From: Gammaproteobacteria bacterium
GTDB taxonomy: Bacteria; Pseudomonadota; Gammaproteobacteria; Natronospirales; REEB76
Reading direction: 5' to 3'
DNA length: 35,747 bases
Assembly (NCBI GenBank): GCA_036502565.1
Contig: DASXYJ010000312.1
Span: forward strand, 1 to 35,747
Positions 1-6,615 of the stretch are shown here, one piece after another. The notes beneath the pieces were generated by a model, which did no database searches, was not told where the DNA came from, and saw nothing but the letters and a program-made list of their open reading frames with translations. Each line of letters opens with the position of its first letter. Position 1 is the first letter of the stretch. The position numbers and the translations under genes were made by a program.

Positions 1-4
1 CGAC

Positions 5-25
5 AAAATCGCCGGGAGCGATTTT
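5..25. terminator. Stem-loop aaaatcgc/cggga/gcgatttt, possibly a bidirectional terminator of an off-window gene
   Basis: Perfect 8-bp inverted repeat with A-run and T-run flanks, read directly. Its left half (aaaatcgccggg) recurs at 237-248. Confidence 0.3.
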
Positions 26-71
26 GAACAGCGCCGCCTTGGGCGCTGGCCCGAAGGGCGGCGGGCAGGGA

Positions 72-98
72 CAGCCCGCCGTAATCCGACGGGCGCGC
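72..98. repeat. 27-bp direct repeat copy 1 (cagcccgccgtaatccgacgggcgcgc), REP-like
   Basis: Identical 27-mer recurs at 345-371. It contains an imperfect hairpin gcccgccg/taatc/cgacgggc. Confidence 0.7.
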
Positions 99-344
99 TT
101 CTTGTCTTCTCCATGTGCCGGAGAGTCCGCCCGCAGCGCTACGCATCCAGCTCCGCTTGCGGCCCAGGGCGCACCTCCCTGTGCGCCCGCTCGAAGCTTC
201 GCTTCTCGCCCCGACGTTGTGATCGGCGAGTTCGAAAAAATCGCCGGGGTCCGGCGCATGCGCCGGACGACTGGACAGGACGTCCAGGCTGGACGGCACA
301 CCAGGGACGGTTGGCTATCGCCCCTCGAAACGAGCTGCAGGCTC

Positions 345-371
345 CAGCCCGCCGTAATCCGACGGGCGCGC
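345..371. repeat. 27-bp direct repeat copy 2 (cagcccgccgtaatccgacgggcgcgc)
   Basis: Exact match to 72-98. It lies immediately next to the terminator hairpin at 377-400. Confidence 0.7.
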
Positions 372-376
372 CAAAA

Positions 377-400
377 AAGACCCGCCGTGAGGCGGGTCTT
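377..400 (-). terminator. Rho-independent terminator of the 423-1034 gene
   Basis: aagacccgcc/gtga/ggcgggtctt is a 10-bp stem with a GTGA loop. On the minus strand it is followed by tttttt (plus-strand aaaaaa at 373-378). It lies 23 nt below the stop codon. Confidence 0.75.
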
Positions 401-422
401 TCATTTTCATCTTTGCAGCAGT

Positions 423-1034
423 TCAGACGTGACTGGTGATCGCCGCCGGCGCCACGACGGTGGTGGAAGCGGGGACCGCCTGCACCTGTTTCGGATAGGG
501 CAGCGTGGCCAGCAGCGCGTGCAGCGAGGCGCCGTTCACCTGCTGCTTGATGAAGTGGCGGCGGGCGTTGCTGAGGCTCTGGTTGAGGATGCTGAGGCTG
601 TCCTCGTAGCAACTGCCGGTGGCGCAGGCGGTGGAGGAGCCCTTGGCATTGTCGCCGCCGGAGGGCGCGTCGGTGTCGCCCAGGGCGTTGCTCATGGCCG
701 TCTGCAGGATCTCCTTGTTGCGGGCCAGCTCCCGGTTGGTGGCGCAGACCAGGAGCTGCTTGGAATGGCTGCCGATGTCATCGGTGATGCGGCACACCAC
801 CACGTCGGCGAGCTTGGGGTCGTTGGAGAGGGGTTGTTCCAGGGCCAGCTTGATGTCCTGCAGGGCCTCCAGGATGCGCTGCTGCCCGCCCACGGCGATG
901 GCGCCCAAGTAGATGGTGGCCTGGGTGTCGCTGGTCTGGTGGAGCTTGGCGTCGATGAGGTCGTCTGCCCAGGCCAGTCCCGGCAGGAGGGACAACAGGG
1001 CAGTGAGCAGGAAGGTGCGGGGGCGCAGGTTCAT
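423..1034 (-). CDS. Secreted hypothetical protein (203 aa) with four Cys
   Basis: Start trimmed to the internal Met (cat at 1032-1034), giving MNLRPRTFLLTALLSLLPGLAWA, a typical Sec signal. Amino-acid composition is normal, unlike the antisense ORF 24-1061. No family recognised. Confidence 0.6.
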   Translation of the reverse strand: MNLRPRTFLLTALLSLLPGLAWADDLIDAKLHQTSDTQATIYLGAIAVGGQQRILEALQDIKLALEQPLSNDPKLADVVVCRITDDIGSHSKQLLVCATNRELARNKEILQTAMSNALGDTDAPSGGDNAKGSSTACATGSCYEDSLSILNQSLSNARRHFIKQQVNGASLHALLATLPYPKQVQAVPASTTVVAPAAITSHV

Positions 1035-1142
1035 GGGATGCTCCAGTGCGGTGACTACTAAGGAAATAGTAGTACATCCGGCCGGAAGCGCCAGTGATGA
1101 CAGGGAAAACATTTCCGACGGATCCGATCCGACTGCGGGAAT

Positions 1143-1171
1143 AAAAGGAGCCTGCCGTGAGGCAGGCTCCT
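1143..1171 (-). terminator. Rho-independent terminator of the 1230-2099 gene
   Basis: aggagcctgcc/gtga/ggcaggctcct is an 11-bp stem. On the minus strand it is followed by ttttatt. Confidence 0.7.
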
Positions 1172-1229
1172 GTCATGGGCCACCGCGGGCCCATCCCCTT
1201 GAGGTCGGTCCTCTCTCCAGCAAAAAGAC

Positions 1230-2099
1230 TCAGTGCAGTACCGGATCCTGGAAGCAGCGGCGCACCTTCTCGAAGAGCGTCGGCTCCGAGGACATGGTCT
1301 CGGTGTCCTGGCTCAGGCGCTCGAAGCGCTGCGTGAAGGGCGCGAGGCACTCGTCCACATAGCGGCGCAGCTGCGCTTCCTGGGTGGCGTCCAACTGGCC
1401 AGCCGGCTTCAGGCCGAAGGCGGCAGGATGGTGCACGGCCCAGTGGCTGAGGGCGGCGCGGAACGCGCCGTGGCATTCGGCATAGGCTTCGTTGAGGTTG
1501 CGGGTGAGCTTGGTGTGGGCCACCGGCGTCACGTAACCCACCGCCATGGTCACGGCGGTCTTGTCGGTGTTCACGCGCTCACGCAGCAGCTTGAGCAGGA
1601 TCTCCTGGCCGTTCTGCACCATCAGCGCGAACTCGTTGGGGCGCGGCAGCCCGCGGGGCTGGGCCATCTCCAGGCCGATGGCGCGGCAGGCGCGGAAGGC
1701 TTCGTCCCGGGCGGCGTCATAGAGGTTCTGCGCCACGTCCCAGCGGATGGTGAGCGCGGCCGCGTCGTCCTGCAGCATCTGCAGGCGCAGGCCGCCCTGC
1801 TTGTGCATGCCGCAACGGGTGCTGTGGCCGAGGATGATGTGGCGGGATTCGGGGGTGAGCTTCTCCCACACCCGGCGCAGGCCGAGGAAGGACTTGATGT
1901 AGCTCTCCTGGAAGGCCTCGCGCGCGTGGCACTCCTGCAGCACATGCTTCAGGGTGGTGCGTTCCGGCAGGCCCGCCAGCACGGCGTTGCTCACGAACTC
2001 GCTGAGCAGGCCCTTTTGGAAGGGTTCCGGCTGGTCCTGCAAGAGGGCGCGCCAGGTGCCCTGGAGGAAGACGATCTGTGCGGTGGCGGAGGTCTGCAT
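1230..2099 (-). CDS. Hypothetical cytoplasmic protein (289 aa), family not recognised
   Basis: Start taken at MQTSATAQ (cat at 2097-2099). It has no signal peptide and a diverse composition, whereas the same-locus plus-strand ORF 1233-2168 is Ala/Gly/Leu/Arg-rich junk. Two E-C-H motifs are present (LQECHAREAF and YAECHGAFRA). Confidence 0.6.
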   Translation of the reverse strand: MQTSATAQIVFLQGTWRALLQDQPEPFQKGLLSEFVSNAVLAGLPERTTLKHVLQECHAREAFQESYIKSFLGLRRVWEKLTPESRHIILGHSTRCGMHKQGGLRLQMLQDDAAALTIRWDVAQNLYDAARDEAFRACRAIGLEMAQPRGLPRPNEFALMVQNGQEILLKLLRERVNTDKTAVTMAVGYVTPVAHTKLTRNLNEAYAECHGAFRAALSHWAVHHPAAFGLKPAGQLDATQEAQLRRYVDECLAPFTQRFERLSQDTETMSSEPTLFEKVRRCFQDPVLH

Positions 2100-2642
2100 G
2101 GCTCGGGTCCTCAGGGTTGGGGACCGGCAAGGCATGCCAGGGAAGAGGGCGCGGCAGGCGGCCTCTGATCCGGCGGTCCCGCCGCCCTGGGGCTGAAGCC
2201 CTGTAGGCCGGTGACTTTGCGTCCCCAGCTTTCACTGGGTTTGCCTTGATCGGTAGATACATCATAGCAACGACACGATATTATGTCAAGTAAATAGCGC
2301 TCACTTTCGATACCGGCCGTATCTGTAGATTATTCTTCGATATCAATCACTTATGAAAACAGGCCGTCCCTGCATCTGCGCCCAGCTATATTTCCCAGAT
2401 GAGGAGCGGTTCCAGGGCCCAGGCGGCCTGGATGGCCTTATAGGCGTCGCTGGTGGGGAAGAGGCACCGCGATATTCAGCCCGATTCCACTGCGTGGATA
2501 CGCTGACGGAGCCTGGAGGGTGCAGTATTATGTTTAGCTCTTGCCCGACGGGGGTCGGGCGAAAAGACAAGAAGAACGGCCGGCTTGGGTGCGGGAGGGA
2601 TCCGGATCTCCCCAGCCGTCCTGGGAAATCGGAGTCTCAGCC

Positions 2643-3392
2643 ATGAACATGCGATTCGCAGCCCTGCTGATCAGCACCGCAGCACTCAGCGCCTGCTCCT
2701 CCACCCCGTCCAACGACGCCTGGGTGATGCAGGGCGACGTGCCGTGGGTCGATGCCACCGGCCATTGCATGCAGCTGCGGCCCCTGCACGATGAAGAGAA
2801 GAAGGGCTTCTGCTACGACGTCATGACCGGTGCTTACCAGAAGAAGCACCACTACGAGCAGCTGGATCCGAACGAGTTCGCGTTCCTGTACCCGAAGGTC
2901 CAGCCCACCCCCGAGGTGGCCTACCATCTCGCGCCGCTGCCTTCCGAGACCGCCTCGCTCGCGGCCTCCGACGTGAAGCCCACGCCGCTGCCGTACCTGC
3001 AACAGATCTACACCGCGCTGCCGTTCAAGTTCAACAGCGCGCATCTCTCGCAGCACAACCGCACCGCCCTGCACGACTCCTTCAAGAACTGGAACGGCGA
3101 GGGCATCAAGGTGGTGTCGGTGGCCATCACCGGCCACACCGACTCCAAGGGCAGCCAGGCCTACAACCTGCTGCTCTCGCAGTGGCGCGCCCAGTCGGTG
3201 GCCTACTACATGGCGCACCTCGGCGTGACCAAGAAGGACATCCGCCAGGGCGGCGTCGGCATGCTGATGCCGCACCCGGACGCCCAGAGCGACGCCGACA
3301 ACCGTTACGTGGACCTGCAGTTGTTCCTGCAGCCGCCGGTGGGCAACGGCAAGGTGGCGATGATGGATCCCCTGGCGCTCCCCGGCCTCTGA
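2643..3392 (+). CDS. OmpA-family peptidoglycan-binding lipoprotein
   Basis: Start at MNMRFAALLISTAALSAC, with lipobox LSAC and ggag 8 nt upstream. The C-terminal OmpA-like domain reads FKFNSAHLS...ITGHTDSKGSQAYNLLLSQWRAQSVAYYM. Confidence 0.85.
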   Translation: MNMRFAALLISTAALSACSSTPSNDAWVMQGDVPWVDATGHCMQLRPLHDEEKKGFCYDVMTGAYQKKHHYEQLDPNEFAFLYPKVQPTPEVAYHLAPLPSETASLAASDVKPTPLPYLQQIYTALPFKFNSAHLSQHNRTALHDSFKNWNGEGIKVVSVAITGHTDSKGSQAYNLLLSQWRAQSVAYYMAHLGVTKKDIRQGGVGMLMPHPDAQSDADNRYVDLQLFLQPPVGNGKVAMMDPLALPGL

Positions 3393-3413
3393 TCCGTTAG
3401 TTCCAAGATCGAT

Positions 3414-3443
3414 AAAAAAGCCCGCTGCGAAGCGGGCTTTTTT
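3414..3443. terminator. Bidirectional rho-independent terminator
   Basis: aaaaaagcccgc/tgcgaa/gcgggctttttt lies between the convergent genes 2643-3392 (+) and 3508-4185 (-). Confidence 0.85.
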
Positions 3444-3507
3444 GTGGCCTGAAAGCCGACGCCCCGCGCAAGGCCGGGCGTCGTGTCATGCGTGTTCCTC
3501 TGTCCCG

Positions 3508-4185
3508 TCAGGGACTGGAGACCTTCCGCAGGCAGGCGATGATGTCGTCGGACATCTTGACCATGGCATCGGTGGTCTGGGGCGGCTGGGTCATGTCCGG
3601 GCAGCCGGCCTTGTCGCTGTAGGCCTTGAAGGCCTCGGTGGAGAGCTGGTTGCGGGCCGCGTCCAGCCAGGCGCGTTCCTTCTGGGTGGCGGCGTTGTAA
3701 GCGGCGTAGGCGGCATCCTGCTCGGCCGGCGCGGCCTGCGCCTCCTTGTTGTAGCCGAGGATGACGGCGTTGAGCGCGTCGTTGCGCTTGTTCAACTCGG
3801 CGTTCTCGCTGTTGACCTTGGCGATGTCCTGGTTGAGCTCGTCGGCATCCTTCTGGCAGGCCTTGCGTTGTTCCTGCTCGAGCTTCTTGTCCGGGCTGCA
3901 GCGGTTCTGGAAGTCGCCGGTGCCCTTCTTGACGGTGTCGTTCTCCTTCTGCCAGTCGGCGAAGTCGGCCATCAGCTTGGCCTTCTCGGCGGCCAGGGAG
4001 TTGCCCTGGGCGGCCACGTCCTTGTTGCGCTGCACCGCGGCATCCATGCGGCCCTTGGTCGCCGTCACGTCCTTCTGGACGGCTTCGCCGGAACTGATCA
4101 GGTTCATCACCGACTCGGCGCCCCAGGCGCTGGCGGCGCCCAGGCTCAAGGCCAGGGTGATCACAGGGACACGCAGGCTCGTCAT
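3508..4185 (-). CDS. Secreted helical 4-Cys protein, paralog A (225 aa)
   Basis: Start at MTSLRVPVITLALSLGAASAWGA (cat at 4183-4185), a Sec signal. The mature protein is rich in K/E/A/N/Q and looks coiled-coil-like. It aligns end to end with 4378-5064, sharing AESVMNLISSGEAVQK, AGCPD and ACL[RK]KVS. Confidence 0.75.
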   Translation of the reverse strand: MTSLRVPVITLALSLGAASAWGAESVMNLISSGEAVQKDVTATKGRMDAAVQRNKDVAAQGNSLAAEKAKLMADFADWQKENDTVKKGTGDFQNRCSPDKKLEQEQRKACQKDADELNQDIAKVNSENAELNKRNDALNAVILGYNKEAQAAPAEQDAAYAAYNAATQKERAWLDAARNQLSTEAFKAYSDKAGCPDMTQPPQTTDAMVKMSDDIIACLRKVSSP

Positions 4186-4217
4186 GGCGACCTCTTCTTC
4201 AGGAAACCCCTGGGGGC

Positions 4218-4246
4218 ATTGTAGGGGCTGGCGGTCCGCCCACCAA
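4218..4246 (-). promoter_or_regulatory. Sigma70-like promoter candidate TTGGTG-17 nt-TACAAT for paralog A
   Basis: Minus strand reads ttggtg(17 nt)tacaat, ending about 32 nt upstream of the ATG. The same hexamers and spacing occur upstream of paralog B. Confidence 0.45.
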
Positions 4247-4317
4247 GGCCCGGCCGGAGGCCGAGTGGCGGGTCCCCTGGGCCCGCGGGGGCCGGGGAGG
4301 CATGCCTGCAGGCCGCC

Positions 4318-4350
4318 CAAAAGCAGACGCCCGGGTCTCCCCGGGCGTCT
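4318..4350 (-). terminator. Rho-independent terminator of paralog B
   Basis: agacgcccggg/tctc/cccgggcgtct is an 11-bp stem. On the minus strand it is followed by gcttttgg. Confidence 0.65.
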
Positions 4351-4377
4351 TTCGTCCTTGCAGGTCTGTGGCTCCGG

Positions 4378-5064
4378 TCAGGAGTTGGAGACCTTCTTAA
4401 GGCAGGCCAGGACCTCGTCGGTCATCTTCATCATGGCGTCGGTGGTCTTGGCGGGCTTGTTCACGTCCGGGCAGCCGGCCTTGGCGCCGTAGGACTTGAA
4501 GCCTTCGCTCGACATCTGCTCGCGGGCCGCGTCCAGCCAGGCGCCTTCCTTCTTGGTGGCGGCGTTGAAGGCGTCGTAGGCGGACTTCACCGTGCTGTTC
4601 GGGTCGCTCTTGATCGTATCGTTGTACGCCTTGGCCTTGGCGGTGAACTCGTCGCTGCGCTTCTTGAGTTCGCCGTTCTTGGCGGTGCTGGCCTGGATGT
4701 CGGTGTTGATCTGCTGGGCCTCGCTGTTGCAGGCCTTGATCTGGTCCGGGCTGAGGGTCTTGCCGGGGGTGGTGCAGCTGGTCTGGTATTCCTGCTTGCG
4801 CTTGCCGATGGCGTCCTGCTCGCTCTGCCAGGCGGCGATGTCGGCGTTGAGCTTGGTCTGGGAGGTGCTCAGTTCCTTGCCCTGCTCGACCAGGTCCTTG
4901 TTCTTCTTCTCGGCGGCCTCGGTCTTGGCCTTGGCGTCCGCCACTTCCTTCTGCACCGCTTCACCGGAGCTGATGAGATTCATGACCGACTCGGCGCCCC
5001 AGGCGGCGCTGGCGGCGCCCAGGGTGAGCGCCAGGGTGATCAGGGGGATACGCATGCTTTTCAT
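4378..5064 (-). CDS. Secreted helical 4-Cys protein, paralog B (228 aa)
   Basis: Start at MKSMRIPLITLALTLGAASAAWGA (cat at 5062-5064, gagg upstream). It is homologous to 3508-4185 along its full length, with the four Cys conserved. Confidence 0.75.
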   Translation of the reverse strand: MKSMRIPLITLALTLGAASAAWGAESVMNLISSGEAVQKEVADAKAKTEAAEKKNKDLVEQGKELSTSQTKLNADIAAWQSEQDAIGKRKQEYQTSCTTPGKTLSPDQIKACNSEAQQINTDIQASTAKNGELKKRSDEFTAKAKAYNDTIKSDPNSTVKSAYDAFNAATKKEGAWLDAAREQMSSEGFKSYGAKAGCPDVNKPAKTTDAMMKMTDEVLACLKKVSNS

Positions 5065-5104
5065 GGAAACCTCGGGGTTTAAGGTTCGAAAAATCCAGGC
5101 CGCT

Positions 5105-5133
5105 ATTGTAGGGGGTGGCGGGCCGGGCACCAA
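5105..5133 (-). promoter_or_regulatory. Sigma70-like promoter candidate TTGGTG-17 nt-TACAAT for paralog B
   Basis: Identical -35 and -10 hexamers and 17-nt spacer length as at 4218-4246. The flanking bases are also similar (attgtagggg.tggcgg.ccg..caccaagg). Confidence 0.45.
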
Positions 5134-5237
5134 GGGCCGACATACCGGTCCGGAGCCTGCCCGGCGGGCCCCCATGTTGCCTATAACGCAGCCGGGAGGC
5201 CGGGGTTGGCAGGGCGGGCCGGGGGCCGGCCGGCGCC

Positions 5238-6530
5238 TTACAAGATGGCCGAGTAGTCGTCCTGGATGCGGCCCAGGTCCAGCCGGTTCAGGAAGTTGGA
5301 ATAGCACATCCAGGCGGTGATGGCGTTGAGGTCCGCGATCTGCGGCGGCAGGAAGCGGGGCGGGGCCACGATGCCCTCCTGCACGAACTGGGACAGGGTG
5401 CGCACGTCCTCGAGGGTGGTCTTGCCGCAGAACAGCAGCGGGATCCGGTCCAGCATGCCCTTGCGTACCGCGAGGCGCATGTAGTTGTAGATCATGATGA
5501 AGCCCTTGTTATAGGACAGGTCCTTGGTGAAGGGCGGACCGTTGGGGCTGCTGCCGCGGAAGATGCGCGCGGTGCTGCCGTAGCTCTCGCCTTCCTCGAG
5601 GCCCTGCTCCAGGAAGAAGCGGTACACGTCCAGGAAGTCGCCGCCCTTCTCGGCCATGTCCACCGCGCGGATGCGGTTGGCGAGGCGGCGCAGCCGGCTC
5701 GGGTAGGAGGCGAAGGTCACGATCTCCATGAGGATGGCGAGGCCTTCCTGGGTCACAGTGGAGGAGGGTGGTCCCTTGGAGAGGAAGGTGCAGATGGGCT
5801 GCTGGCTGCCGTTCAGCGTGGTGCCGAGATGCACCCAGCCCTCGTGCACCTCCAGCACCTTGAGGTCGCGTTCGTTGAACTTGGCCTCGCGGCGGATCTT
5901 GAGATAGTCGGCGCCGGCGGCGGCGTCGGCCACGATGCCGTCCGAGAGCAGCACCCGCACCGTGCCCTCGCTCTCGCGGAAGGCGTGGTTGATGCGCTTC
6001 TGCAGGATGCGCACCGCCTGCTCGCCGGTGATGGTGCGCGGCTCGGGCTTGAGGAGTTCGCTCTGGTCGATGCTGGCGATGGCATCGCCGAGGATCTGGC
6101 CGAGGTCGGCGAGGGTCGGGCCGCCCTCGTGGAAGGCGTCGCTGGCGGAGCCGTACAGCTCCTGGGAGATGATGCCGAACTCAGGCGTGCCGCGCGCCTC
6201 CAGCATGCGCACCACCTGCATGTACTCACGGCACATGCGCCGCATGATGCCGCCCAGGGAGTTGAACTGGCCGAGGCTGCGGGTGATGTCGCGCTCGATC
6301 TCGTGGAACTCCTGGCGCTTCGTGGCGGGGTCGAAGCCCAGGGGCCGTCCCGCGTAGTAGGCGCCATCCACCTTCGGCAGCTCCTTGGCGCCGGCGGCGA
6401 AGAACTGCTCCTGGATGGAGGCCTCCCACTTGATGTGGTCGAGGATGCGGATGGGCTTCTGCGCCGCCACGATGCGGTCCGAGAGGTCCCGCAGCGTCTG
6501 CCGGTAGTTGGCCTGGGTATCCGCGTTCAT
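5238..6530 (-). CDS. DUF1704 family protein (flavohemoglobin expression-modulating QEGLA-motif protein / putative metallocarboxypeptidase)
   Basis: 430 aa. The literal QEGLA motif (TVTQEGLAILME) is preceded by HEGWVH, an HExxH-type motif. Length and layout fit that family. Confidence 0.75.
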   Translation of the reverse strand: MNADTQANYRQTLRDLSDRIVAAQKPIRILDHIKWEASIQEQFFAAGAKELPKVDGAYYAGRPLGFDPATKRQEFHEIERDITRSLGQFNSLGGIMRRMCREYMQVVRMLEARGTPEFGIISQELYGSASDAFHEGGPTLADLGQILGDAIASIDQSELLKPEPRTITGEQAVRILQKRINHAFRESEGTVRVLLSDGIVADAAAGADYLKIRREAKFNERDLKVLEVHEGWVHLGTTLNGSQQPICTFLSKGPPSSTVTQEGLAILMEIVTFASYPSRLRRLANRIRAVDMAEKGGDFLDVYRFFLEQGLEEGESYGSTARIFRGSSPNGPPFTKDLSYNKGFIMIYNYMRLAVRKGMLDRIPLLFCGKTTLEDVRTLSQFVQEGIVAPPRFLPPQIADLNAITAWMCYSNFLNRLDLGRIQDDYSAIL

Positions 6531-6579
6531 GCCCGTAGAGTACCGCGCTCCCCGGCCGGGGGCCAGAAAAGCCCGACTG

Positions 6580-6607
6580 TAAACAAGAAGCCCCCTTTCG
6601 GGGGCTT
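6580..6607 (-). terminator. Rho-independent terminator of gdhB
   Basis: gaagccccc/tttc/gggggcttc is a 9-bp stem. On the minus strand it is followed by ttgttt. It lies 9 nt past the stop. Confidence 0.7.
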
Positions 6608-6615
6608 CGTCTGGC

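Noticed and set aside
24-2168. Plus-strand ORFs 24-1061 (345 aa) and 1233-2168 (311 aa), and small ORFs 113-439 and 139-612
   Set aside because: They are Gly/Ala/Arg/Leu-rich with no signal or motif. The opposite-strand genes 423-1034 and 1230-2099 have normal composition, a signal peptide (the first) and their own terminators. The 1-422 part is repeat DNA.
2343-2646. Small ORFs in the long intergenic region (2353-2646 +, 97 aa; 2343-2570 -, 75 aa)
   Set aside because: They have no ribosome-binding context and an odd composition, and they overlap each other. The region is treated as regulatory or non-coding instead.
3442-5320. Plus-strand ORFs antisense to the helical paralogs (3442-4224, 3761-4492, 4592-5320) and the long N-terminal extensions of the minus-strand ORFs (to 4320 and 5307)
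   Set aside because: The antisense translations are low-complexity. The extensions are Pro/Gly/Arg-rich, run through the predicted promoter and terminator, and precede internal Met codons that give canonical signal peptides conserved between the paralogs.
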